Positions 21,992-33,307 of a stretch of DNA of 64,000 bases are shown here, in pieces. Both the position numbers and the translations under genes were made by a program. Each line of letters begins with the position of its first letter. Positions within the stretch are counted from its first letter, which is position 1. The notes beneath the pieces are model-generated. The model did no database searches and was not told where the DNA came from. It worked only from the letters and a program-made list of their open reading frames with translations. The stretch comes from Nitrososphaerales archaeon (GTDB lineage: Archaea > Thermoproteota > Nitrososphaeria > Nitrososphaerales > UBA213): assembly GCA_965197925.1 (NCBI GenBank), contig CBDAOC010000020.1, positions 96,001-160,000 of the forward strand. The letters run 5' to 3'.

Positions 21992-22320
21992 AATAGTGCA
22001 TAATTAACGCGATGGTGAACACTAATAGTGCATAATTAACGCGATGGTGAACACTAATAGTGCATAATTAACGCGATGGTGAACACTAATAGTGCATAAT
22101 TAACGCGATGGTGAACACTAATAGTGCATAATTAACGCGATGGTGAACACTAATAGTGCATAATTAACGCGATGGTGAACACTAATAGTGCATAATTAAC
22201 GCGATGGTGAACACTAATAGTGCATAATTAACGCGATGGTGAACACTAATAGTGCATAATTAACGCGATGGTGAACACTAATAGTGCATAATTAACGCGA
22301 TGGTGAACACTAATAGTGCA
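21992..22320. repeat. Perfect 32-bp tandem repeat, 10 full copies plus 9 bp
   Basis: Unit AATAGTGCATAATTAACGCGATGGTGAACACT, with no spacers. Confidence 0.95.
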
Positions 22321-22404
22321 GCACATTACACTAATAACGTCACTAGCTACACTATTTTTCCGCTATTTCAACAAAAACGTTGATTTGAATAATTAAAATC
22401 CATA

Positions 22405-22585
22405 CCTAATTCCTTCTGGCAATATGCTGTTATACTCTGATAGATATTATCATTACGAATATTGGCGTAGTGAGTTCAGCAGATAATGGTACAATCAATG
22501 AACCTGTGCTAGATGTCACATGAAGCTTGTATCCAAATACCAATCCGTTGGTTTTGCCGTAGCCCAATCTTGTATCTGCATCTTC
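22405..22585 (-). pseudogene. Fragment of a DDE transposase related to the element at 30263-31349
   Basis: The minus strand encodes ..GYGKTNGLVFGYKLHVTSSTGSLIVPLSA.. Confidence 0.75.
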
Positions 22586-23207
22586 CATAGTGTGGAATTA
22601 TATCCTCCATTATGTTTATCAAGAATAATCTTACAAAATTCGAACCGCCCTAACAGCAACATAATCTTAAAGACCACATAGTGACTCTTGTTCGAGATGA
22701 ATTAATTCAAATCACATTAAAGTTGTTTGGTGTGACTGGTTCAATGAGAATTATTAGATCTGCCCTCGAATTTCTCCACCAGGATTCTCTACTGTGTGAA
22801 TGTTAACATAAGTATTTCCTGAGGTCATCTCAGCAATGAGTGCAGATAAAGTCACCCATGGTCGTTGGGTATCGAGAATATTTTTACATTATTGGAAACG
22901 CCAAAAATAATAATCTTAACTCATTTGTGACTCTGTGTGGGAACATCATACTCGATACAAGTATATGGAACCCATAAACACGCAGGCCCATCGGGCATTG
23001 ATTACTACTGATTGTCGGGTTCATCCTTTAGGTTGTTATCAACAGTTATACTTCTTGTACGACACCTACACTCACAATAATACTCCTTGCATAAATGATG
23101 AAGCTTTAGAGTAGCACATTCTAAGCCTTCCCAAGGTCAGGTTAGGTGTTACGGACATAATGCCTTTGGATGGTATACAAGATGTATTGGTTGCTAAAGC
23201 TTCCAGT

Positions 23208-25828
23208 TTAATCCTTGGGTCTTGCATCTCCTTTTGTGATCATATTGCCAGCAGTATCTAATACTATCCACTCAAAAGATGAAGCTTTGTTTTCAACTAC
23301 CATCAGGATTATCAATGATTTACCAGGTTTGATCGTTTTGTCACTCGCGTACACTACTACAGTGCTCTGGTCTATCTTATCCCTGTCCCATCCTCTAGCC
23401 TTCACATACCTGATCTTTCCATCATTTATCTTCATCTGAAAGCCGAATATCTCTTCATCTCCATTGTTCTTAACAGCAACCAAGGTTACTTTCTTCTTGT
23501 GCTTCGTAGCTACGCTCACATCTGCCTGTTTGTTCTCCCCGAGCAGAACTGGTTCTGGTGTTTCCACAGATGACTCTTTGAAGTATACATGGAAGTGAGG
23601 AGACGTTTTCTTGAAGGTCTTTTTCATGTTGCTTCCGTCGCTTACGAACTCATTAAAATTTGGATCCTTAGTAATAATATCTCTTAGTAAAAGTATTCGA
23701 TCTATGTCATATTCTTTGCATTTCGCTATTACGAGATCTTCACTATAATTATCACATAATGGTCGGGGTGGCGGATCCTTCCTTCCCAAATTTGAATCCT
23801 CAAACCAGGCAAAACCAAGATCTACTATCCTGCCATTGCCATGGGTGTGGTGATTAGGCTTCCAGTTGCCCTTTATATCGTGCAACCCGCCCCAAGGCAA
23901 GCTCATAGCAGTGATCTTCATGCCTACCATGTGCTTTTTACCTATGCTAACAATAATACCTCCTTCAATTTTGCATGCATTACCGCCAGGATTAAATGCA
24001 GATTAAATGCACAGTCTATCTGTCTCTGCATAAATTCATTTGCTATCCGTACCAATACGTCATTTGTAGCCTCCATACCGTAAAAGATGCAGTCATGCCT
24101 CGTTTGCTTCTCAAAAAACCATGGACTGTCGAGAGGAACATGCTCTCCACCACATAGCCGTTCCAATTCAGAACCTGGCATCGGTTGCAGATTAGGTACT
24201 TTTGTTACTATCCAGTTCTCACCCTCAACTGAAGGATCACCCTGCTCTGTTGCAATTATCCAGTCCTTGCCAGCTATAATGTGATCATGGTTTCCATCAT
24301 GGATTTTTGGAGGTGTATATGTGAGGATTATCTTGCCGTTCTCGTTAGTCTTCTCAACTAGGTCATTGCCTTTCTCACCATCATTATTGTCAAGTTCTCC
24401 CGTTGGTCTGGAGTCCCGGTCGCATCTTTTTCGCCCTTTATCATGAATATGCCCATCTGTACCTTCTCCTCCACGTTCCGTGCAGACCTTAATGTTTATT
24501 TCCATCTCCTTGGCAGGCTTGCCTCCTTTCTTTGCTATCACTGTTATCTTGGCTTGCGGATTTGGTTCGTTTAATATCGATTTATCTCCATAATCTAGAT
24601 ACAGCTCTTGAGGCTCTACCAGAACTTCAATTGATTCGGCTTCTTGAACTACCGAGGTCACCGTTATGGATCTAAGTACTCCAGAATACACCGCCTTGGC
24701 TGTGATCAGAATAGCATATTCCTCAACTTCATGGACTAAGCTTTTAATCGGACTGGGTTTCGTCTGAATTGTTAGATCAGCTGTGCCTTCCTTCACTGCT
24801 TGTATCTCCCTTGGCTGCAAAGTAATTTTATGCCAGGGCATCAGTAAGGGATCCGTCTTGACATCCAGATAAACACGTTCAGGACTTGTAGTATGCCAAT
24901 TGATCTTAATAGTCCAAGATGCGGATTCACCCTCCATAACCTCTACGAGAGATGTGGGAGATACGGAAAGGCTATAGTCAGCTTCCTGTGTAGGTTGAGG
25001 AGAAGGAGCGGGATATGGGCTAGGTTTATCTTCTACAATAACTAGCGTAAGCGTTGTGGAGCGGGTTAGACCCCCTCCTTCTGCCAAAACAGTAATGGTG
25101 AAGGTTCCTTTAGGCGTATCCTGCGAAGTTATGATAGTCAACTCAGATGAAAAAGTTGGACTGTCTGTAATTTTGGTTAAACTAACCTTAACCGCCTTCA
25201 GCAATTCAGACTGTTTGATGCCGACCGTCAGGGTAATGGGCTCAGCATTACCACTCTCCAAGGTTAGCGTAACCCTCGTCTCTGTTGAACGACCGGGTGC
25301 CACCGTCAGGTAGGCGTCACTGGTTCGAATGCTAAAGTCGAAGGATTCCTCGTGTGGTGTCGGACTCGGAGTGGTATCAGAAGATTCATTAACAGATACC
25401 GTGGCTGTGTAAGAGTCTACCGTTTCTCCTGAAGAAGGCTCACAGCGAAATTTAATTTTGTATTGCCCAGGTTCCGTTAATGTCATCGATTTGTCTGGGG
25501 CTACAGCAATGGGTCCATCTATAGTAGCGGTGTAGTACTCCGTCCATTCATCATTGAACGACAACCAAAATTTAACTGTACCAGTATCATAATGCTCACC
25601 TCCAGCAGTTATGTGGACGTTACTAAATGTGATAGTAAGCGGAGCATCACCAGAAAATGTGTCAAGGTTGAAAGTACACACTCCAAAGTTAGCATAAACA
25701 GGTGTTAAGATCGTGCTTGCAAAAATCGAAGTTAATAAAATAACCATCGTTAATGAAGAAGAAATTACTCTTCCTTTTCTTTCTAATTTATGCGTAAATT
25801 TGTAGGCTGTCAAGGTAATTTTCTTCAC
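23208..25828 (-). pseudogene. Secreted multi-domain protein (PKD/Ig-like domains plus a MepA-like LAS metallopeptidase domain), frameshifted by an 11-bp duplication
   Basis: GATTAAATGCA is duplicated at 23990-24011, and removing one copy fuses both ORFs into 869 aa. Motifs MSLPWGG..HHTHGNGRIVD..HFH. Confidence 0.8.
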
Positions 25829-25927
25829 ACATAGCCATCATCATCCGTTATAGCGGATCTTTTTGCTATGTTAGTATATTTGAATAACAGTAAAAAGAGA
25901 GCAGTCTGTAACATAATATTACATTAA

Positions 25928-26985
25928 GAGCTTATCCGAAAATTAACATCATAGCCTAATTGTTTATACCGAAACAGATCTAGATCTGTTCTCTCTAGCT
26001 AAATTTGTGAGAAAATCAAAGAAAAAGAGCATGCCGACGATATGGCATATACCAGACGATCTATGGGTAGAGTTCAAACTAGTGTTGCTACCAGAGAAAC
26101 CAGCAAGAACAGTTGGAAGGCCAGCTGTGCCATTTAGAAAAGTATTGAATGGAATACTGTACGTATTAAGAACTGGATGCCAGTGGAAGAAAGTATCTAA
26201 AGAATTTGGTTCTGGCTCAACTTGCCACGCAAGATTTCAGGAATGGATTGGGATAGGAGTATTCAAGAAGGTATGGAAGAGGCTGCTGGAAATATATGAT
26301 GAATTGAAGGGTATAGGATGGGACTGGCAATCCATGGATAGCGTTACTGAAGGCCCCATTAGGGGGAAAACGACCGGGAGCAAACCCAACGGATAGAGGT
26401 AAGCTAGGTACCAAACGTCACATGCTGGTTGATAGAAGAGGTATTCCTCTCTCATCTGTAATTACTGGAGCAAATAAACACGATATGAAATCAGCCTTTC
26501 CTACAATAGATAGCATTGTTGTTGATAGGCCCAAAGTTAAACAGAACATATGCATGAATAGGATATGATTTCCCTGAGATAGAGTATGGAGTATGAAATA
26601 TGGAGTTAGGAAGGGGATATGTGGATCACATTCGTCATAAGGGTGAAGTGTTGAAAAAGAATTTGTACAAAGCAAAGAGATGGGTTGTAGAAAGAACCGC
26701 ATCTTGGCATAACAGGTTCAGAAAGTTATTGGTAAGGTTCGAGAAGAGAGAGGAAAATTATCAGGCGCTAGTAGAATTTGCTAACTGCCTAATAGTGTAT
26801 AGAGCGATATATTGGTAGTGTCATAAACACGTTAATGCAACTGTTTCTAGTATCTACTATCTACAATACTAATTATATCAATAGTAAGAAAACTAAACCT
26901 GACAGTTTGAACTAATATTCTTGCATTCTAAATGTTATCATTTCTACCAATCATTAACTATCAGCTAGAATTTTAGGATAGGCTC
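25928..26985 (+). mobile_element. IS5-family element copy B, nearly identical to copy A
   Basis: Same IRs, TAA target duplication and transposase fragments as copy A. Confidence 0.92.
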
Positions 26986-27240
26986 TAAGTGTAATAATCT
27001 ATTGTTCTAGATTGAATTATGGCGTACTCGAAGTGTGTTACACACCTGCCTGAAATACCTTCATTTAGAAAGTATGGGTGAAATAATAGGAAGGTATCAT
27101 ATACAATATATCTATATTTTGGGATGAAACCCCTTCTTATACTTAAGTTAATGACCTCAAGCCAAAGACAGCCATCTAAAATGAAGGTATATGCCTATTT
27201 TACAAAAGCTATTTTTAGATATGAGATTTAATACATTGGG

Positions 27241-27594
27241 TTGGAATTCAAGCAAGTAATTGTGATCAGAAGAGAACTGAAAATGGGCACGGGAAAAATT
27301 GCAGTACAGGCATCGCACGCATCTGTACTAGCAGTTGAGAGGGTTAAGGAAGAAAAAAGAGGATGGTTTGATGAATGGTACGAGAGTGGACAAGCAAAGA
27401 TAGCAGTCAAGGTAAAGAGCTTGGATGAATTGATGAGAGTGAAAAAGCATGCGGAAGGATTGGATCTACCAGTAATACAGGTCAATGATCACGGTTTAAC
27501 ACAATTAGCACCTGGAACTACTACGTGTATTGCAATTGGTCCTGCTCCGACTGAATTAATTGACAAAGTCACAAAGGATCTGAAATTGCTCTAA
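27241..27594 (+). CDS. pth2: Peptidyl-tRNA hydrolase Pth2
   Basis: KQVIV.R..LKM..GK.AVQ..HA, GQAKIAVK, D.GLTQ..PGT.T.IAIGP. Confidence 0.95.
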   Translation: MEFKQVIVIRRELKMGTGKIAVQASHASVLAVERVKEEKRGWFDEWYESGQAKIAVKVKSLDELMRVKKHAEGLDLPVIQVNDHGLTQLAPGTTTCIAIGPAPTELIDKVTKDLKLL

Positions 27595-28211
27595 GTTAAT
27601 TTAATCTATTGGAATAGATTTAGGGAAAGGATTCCCTTTCCTAAGATAGTCACCTGTCCAAGTGATTAAGGTTATGAAGAGATATTTATGAATAAAGAAT
27701 CAAATTCAGAACCATATTCGTTTTTGTCTAACTCAGAAAATATTTAAGCAAACAGAATAGCCTACACTCAAAAATCTTGTTACCGCCCACGGAACTGACA
27801 ACTGATTGATAATTCAATTTGTCCATAGAACTATATATTTAAACAGACTTTTAAACAGTCTCTATATGAAAATTTTATCACATTGATTGTGGATTTGAGA
27901 TATTATACGACTGCAAATATTTCATTGAAAAACTTCTTTTACATTCTAATAATTTGGAAATAAATGATCTTGAATACTAAGCTATGATTTAGAATGGTAC
28001 TGTATATTTGTTAAAGGATTAATGACTCGAAGAAATCTTCTTTCTTACGAACTTTTAGCTACACGAACGAATAAGCCCGCATGTATCACATCAAGATAAA
28101 AAATTATACAATTAGCAGCTTAAGCATTTTCAAACCAGAGGACACATAACTATTCAGATTGATGCGTTGCACATATTCTTGAATTTTGTTCTATGTTCAA
28201 TACTGGTCATA

Positions 28212-29099
28212 TTATGATCCACCAAACACGATCCATATCATGGATATGCCGATCAAGGCAAAAAGAATCACTATTACTTTCTCCATTTTTTCAGAAGGTA
28301 TTCTCCCTTGGAGCTTCGTTCCTATCTGGCCCCCAACTACAACTCCAGGCACTGTATACATCACAAGATGCCAAGGAACTGCCTTAAATCCTCCTTCCAT
28401 AATTAGTGATAAAACATGGGTGAACGATGCTAACATAATGGTTACAGTTACTATCAATATTGAGGTGGCAGCAGCCACCGGAATCGGAACCCTACATATT
28501 TTTACCAATTGAGACATGACAACCTCGCCTATCCCAACGGACATTAATCCAGTAAAAAAGCCACCAATACCCGTAGCGTAGACATCTTTACTTATATGGC
28601 GAACCCTGTAGCTATACTCACTTCCATCTTTCGCGATAATTTTTCTTTCATGTACCCTCTGCAGGTCTCCAGATAGTTCTCTAATACTTTTTTTATGCAA
28701 TTCTTTTGGTTTAGGTTTTCGCAGCAGAAAGTAAGTGAGGAACAGCATAAGTATCCCATATCCCAGTTTCAACATTGTAGGATCTATTGAATGGGACAGC
28801 AGAGCGCCTACGATGGCAGTAGGTACACCTATAATTGTAAAAGATTTTGCTGTCTGAAAATCAATTAATCCTCTTCGTAAATATCCTATCAGCGCTGATG
28901 AAAACCCAAAACTTTGCGTCAACAAAGCGATACCAATAGCTGCCACTGGACCAGCTAGAGAATATTCTGGTCCTAAAAGTGGGAAGAGAATTAAGAATAT
29001 GGGTATGAACATAGCCGCACCACCAATACCCCCAAGTGTTGCTGTAGTTGCTATTATGACTGAAAATGGTAACATGAACCAGTAAAGAAAATAATCCAT
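28212..29099 (-). CDS. Sulfite exporter TauE/SafE family membrane protein
   Basis: GIGGA, G..SVGIGE, AAATS and GGQIG motifs within multiple TM helices. Confidence 0.88.
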   Translation of the reverse strand: MDYFLYWFMLPFSVIIATTATLGGIGGAAMFIPIFLILFPLLGPEYSLAGPVAAIGIALLTQSFGFSSALIGYLRRGLIDFQTAKSFTIIGVPTAIVGALLSHSIDPTMLKLGYGILMLFLTYFLLRKPKPKELHKKSIRELSGDLQRVHERKIIAKDGSEYSYRVRHISKDVYATGIGGFFTGLMSVGIGEVVMSQLVKICRVPIPVAAATSILIVTVTIMLASFTHVLSLIMEGGFKAVPWHLVMYTVPGVVVGGQIGTKLQGRIPSEKMEKVIVILFALIGISMIWIVFGGS

Positions 29100-29407
29100 G
29101 ACTTTTAGATATAGACCTTTAAGAAAATTGTATCTATTCTGGTAATTGAAGATATATTGTAATTTTTACTATAGAATTTTATCCCAAGTTTGGTTTGAAT
29201 TTATCGATTCGTAACTGTATTACTCTTATTCAGACATTTGTACGGTCTTTCGCTTTCTGTTCAAGTGTTTACCTTGTTGAAGTATTCACATATATCTTCC
29301 CTATTGCTAATATGTGATAATTCCTAACAGTTATATGGTATGTGAACGTATGCTAGATATGCAGCCATGGTTTTCATTTTTAATAAACAGTATTCTGGAG
29401 ATCAGCT

Positions 29408-30061
29408 TTGAAGACTCATGCTGAAGGCGTGATGAAAGTGCCAGTGGACAAAGCAAACTTGGTATCAGAATTGTCAAATTATAATCTTCCATATTTTGTG
29501 CTAGCTAAGGTTGCTAAGGAATGTAATTCAGAGTTAATAAAGAAGGGCAAGATTGCAACTGTACTTAATACCATGAATGAATCTGCTATTACACTATTGC
29601 ATAAAATATTTGTTCAATGTGAAGATGATAAAGAGGGGGAGTTCTCTGATTATAGATTTGCAGTTTTTATGTCTAGCAAGTTTGGGGCAGGAATTACTTT
29701 TGATCAGACTTTAAAAGGTAAAAGTGGAGTTGACTATATGGTTAAGATAGCATGTTATAGCAGCCAGGGGTTAATTGCGATTGGTGAAAATAAACGAAAG
29801 GGGCAGAAGGCTTCTCTAAGTGAATTAGCGCAATTCAATGAGATGGTCATTGATTTATCAGCGTCTAGTAATGGACAACAATTACTACACGCATTTTATG
29901 GCTCATCTGTCGGCTATGAAAAGGATTTCGAGAAGGTATTTCAAGGTAATAAGAAGACGAAAGCATTTGTGAATAAATATGGTTATAGCATACAAAAAAC
30001 AATAACTTTATTGGAGTTCAAGAATGGGAATACCAATAAGGTCCTAACAGCTCCTTTCTAA
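29408..30061 (+). CDS. Hypothetical protein
   Basis: 217-aa open ORF. The LKGKSG segment is reminiscent of PD-(D/E)xK-like folds but is not diagnostic. Confidence 0.6.
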   Translation: MKTHAEGVMKVPVDKANLVSELSNYNLPYFVLAKVAKECNSELIKKGKIATVLNTMNESAITLLHKIFVQCEDDKEGEFSDYRFAVFMSSKFGAGITFDQTLKGKSGVDYMVKIACYSSQGLIAIGENKRKGQKASLSELAQFNEMVIDLSASSNGQQLLHAFYGSSVGYEKDFEKVFQGNKKTKAFVNKYGYSIQKTITLLEFKNGNTNKVLTAPF

Positions 30062-30262
30062 CAATAAACAAAAAATTATCACTGTAGGCTTGATCTTAAA
30101 AAGGTGTTATTTTGATACCGAAGAAATTAGTCTAAGGTCTAATTTTGTTCGTATGTAATATTACACCAGTTTAATATAATATTCCATTATCAAACCAAGT
30201 TTGTCATTATTTATTCTCTGTAGGGCAACTTAATCAATAAAAGCAGATAACTAATATCTAAT

Positions 30263-31349
30263 TGAGGCTTGGGCGTAATTTAGTTCGAAACGATAAGATC
30301 AGGTTCCAGTTCATATTGGTAATGTGTTTAGCTCAGACTCGATACTTCTTCGCATATTATTTTTGATTGGTGTGATTCGGTCAAAACCTAATAGGAAAAG
30401 GGGTAGACCATTCTACTATTCTCCTACAGTAATGGTGAGATGCTTCATCGTTAGAGTATGGGTAAGAATACCAAGCAACAATGCTTTGCATGAATACTTT
30501 TCGATAGACATGCCATACAACAGGAAGGTAATGGGGTATGTGGTTTGGATAGGTTGCCAGACAGAAGAACATTCGACAGAAGGTTCAAGGCCATCAATTG
30601 ACATAAGATCAAGGATAGATGTTATGGGTATGCTCTTCATAAAAGATGGGTTGGTAGACCCAGCCATAGTATCCGTTGACAGTTCATTGTTGAAAGCAAA
30701 GGGACATGTATGGCATAGATCAAACATGAAGAAGAATGAAGTGCCACGCTCCGGTATAGATACAGATGCTCGATGGGGCTACAGCAGAACCAAGGGATGG
30801 ATATTAGGATACAAACTGCATCTAGCATGTAGCACAGGTTCGTTGATAGTTCCATTATCAGCTGATTTCACAACAGCTAACATTACTGATAACAAGATGT
30901 ATGAAAGCATAACATCTTCATTGCCTACAGGAATGGTAAGGTATGTTGTAGGAGATGAAGGATATGATGATCACAAGTTATGTGATTTCAGCAGGTATAG
31001 AGGGTATCCAGTATTCCCATTGGAAAGGTACAAGCATACTACAGATAATAATAGACTGGCATTGCTGCAGTTCTATAACTCTGAATTTGGACAGCATGTA
31101 TATTCTCGGAGGAGTATAAGCGTTGAGCCATTGGTAGAGCATATGAAGGATGTATTTACCATAGATCCATTGCCAGTTAGAGGATTTGATAAAGCTAGGA
31201 ACATCGTTCTGATTTCTATATTGCTATACCAGCTGATGGTATATTACAACTACTTGACAGGAAGGCCTCTGAAGACATTGAAGCACATGCTGGGAAGTTA
31301 AAGAACCAATTTCAAAATAATATTATAATTGAATTATGCCCAAGCCTCA
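30263..31349 (+). mobile_element. DDE insertion sequence (IS4/IS5-like); transposase ORF 30324-31301
   Basis: IRs TGAGGCTTGGGCGTAATT / AATTATGCCCAAGCCTCA. Motifs VDSS, GYKLHL, GDEGYD and RSISVEP. Confidence 0.9.
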
Positions 31350-31559
31350 TATAATTATAATAAACCATCATAGTTTTTCACTTATTCCACAGTTCCAGAA
31401 CTTACCCCAGACTTCCCCTTTACTCTTGATATCTACTGTTTTTTCATCTAAATGCACATGTCAACTAGTCTGGACCAATACTAGTATAATTCTATTAGTC
31501 ATTCCAATTGTTCTTTTCTCCCATGATTGAAGTTTTTGCATTGGATAATATTGCTTTGA

Positions 31560-32012
31560 TCAGTAGTTCGCCCTTACGTACTCCTGTTTAGTATGTTTCA
31601 GTATAACCACTTCGCCCACACTATGAATTTCTTGTTGGGGTATCCTTAATGTTTTACCACGTAAGCTGGTTTTGATTTCAATAAGTTCGATCATGTTTCC
31701 AGTATCAGTAAATACTTCCTGCACCTTGCCGAGCCTCACACCTTCTATGTCAATAACCTCCATCGACTTGACGACTGGAGGAATTTTAAGCATGACACAA
31801 TCCATACCTATTCTCTCTACGTACTCCTTGTGGATCAACACATTCTTGTTGAATCCTATATGCACCAACATACCTTTAATCTCCATATTGAAAGGATCTA
31901 TCATTAAATCCTGCACAGTACCAAAGTTCATTCCATCTGTATCTATGACCTTCATACCTTTGATATCTTCGTATCTCACTGCTTTTTTATGCTCTTCATA
32001 ATTTTCCTGCAT
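31560..32012 (-). CDS. PRC-barrel domain protein (two barrels)
   Basis: The pattern V.D.DG..(F/L)G.V occurs twice. Confidence 0.85.
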   Translation of the reverse strand: MQENYEEHKKAVRYEDIKGMKVIDTDGMNFGTVQDLMIDPFNMEIKGMLVHIGFNKNVLIHKEYVERIGMDCVMLKIPPVVKSMEVIDIEGVRLGKVQEVFTDTGNMIELIEIKTSLRGKTLRIPQQEIHSVGEVVILKHTKQEYVRANY

Positions 32013-32419
32013 AGAGATAATTTACTGAATAAATATAACTACATTGGAATCACATCTATGTGACTAAATGATGAATATCTTTTATTCAATAAACCTGCCT
32101 TGACAAATCGCGGTATTAATAAAGTGCCCTATTGACTTCTCACATAGATTCACCTTCCATTTTAGCTTAAATTGTGATGTCTCATTCCCACTAACCATTT
32201 CAGAAGCTAGTATATGAGGTATCTGCTGTGATCAAAATTGATGTAGCTAAGATCAGAAAGATATTGGTCACGTGGACCCTATTCCATTGATCTTAAATAA
32301 TATGTGGATTTCCATCGATCTTAGGATGCTTCAATTACTGAATTAAATACGACTACAGAAAAAATATTTTACTATTTTTTGTAAGGCTTACTAATTAGCC
32401 CTCAAAAAATGGGTGTTAA

Positions 32420-33307
32420 TTAGGGGCGTCCTACTATTCCTGAAGTTTGCTGTTTTATAGGAAGCTGAACATCCCTAGTCCCTCCGGATAGAATTCTACC
32501 ATCTTCCATCATGAAATTAAGAAACGCAAATCCTGTTGTCTTGCCAGTTGGTGATTCCTTAATCTTATCCATAGCCACAGTAAAAACATATGATGCCTTT
32601 CCTCCTAACGGAACGCCAAGATATAAAATGTCTTCATCTATACCAATGAAATCCGACTTTTCGACTTTGAACATTGATTCATAAAGAATAACACCTATGG
32701 AATCGGTAATTTGAAATTCTGCAGTTCCACTTGCAGGAAGAGTGTCTATCTGGTCGTTACCAAGTGCAAATCCAACCTCATAATAACTTTCTCCAGCATG
32801 CACAATTAGTCCCTTCATCTTTGTAACTGTGGTATCAAATCCTTGCCATATGATATAAGGTTCAGACCATTTCTCCTCACAATCAGGACAATACAATCGC
32901 ATCTCCAGGGGTATTATCTTCCAATCAAACGGAAAATATTCAGTGAATAGGTCGAACTCCTTGGAACTTGATAGCACTTCAAATCCATGATTGCCGTACT
33001 CTCCCACTTTCACCCACTGCTCGGGATCTGCAACCTGATCCCACACATTGCGCTGGGGGGAGAGTAAGAGGTAAAAAGGCCTTGGAGCCCCTTCCTCAGG
33101 ATACAATAATCTAATATGCATGATGTATCCACCCGTACCCTCGAAATTATTTGTAAAATTCTTATACTGAATTATTCTTGCAAAGTCAACCTTGATCGGA
33201 AATTTGGATATTGGTTTGTCTTTTGCTTCAGGAATTGATGTTAATGCTAACACAATGGCTATAACTACGGCAATTGCTACTACACTAAAAATTGAAACTT
33301 TATTCAT
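32420..33307 (-). CDS. Hypothetical membrane-anchored/secreted protein
   Basis: 295-aa ORF with an N-terminal TM helix. Confidence 0.7.
   Translation of the reverse strand: MNKVSIFSVVAIAVVIAIVLALTSIPEAKDKPISKFPIKVDFARIIQYKNFTNNFEGTGGYIMHIRLLYPEEGAPRPFYLLLSPQRNVWDQVADPEQWVKVGEYGNHGFEVLSSSKEFDLFTEYFPFDWKIIPLEMRLYCPDCEEKWSEPYIIWQGFDTTVTKMKGLIVHAGESYYEVGFALGNDQIDTLPASGTAEFQITDSIGVILYESMFKVEKSDFIGIDEDILYLGVPLGGKASYVFTVAMDKIKESPTGKTTGFAFLNFMMEDGRILSGGTRDVQLPIKQQTSGIVGRP

Noticed and set aside
21992..22320. Possible CRISPR array (32-bp repeats)
   Set aside because: The units are head-to-tail with no unique spacers, and there are no cas genes in the window.
27619..27645. Inverted repeat downstream of pth2 as a terminator or ncRNA
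   Set aside because: A short imperfect hairpin without a clear U-tract is too weak to call.
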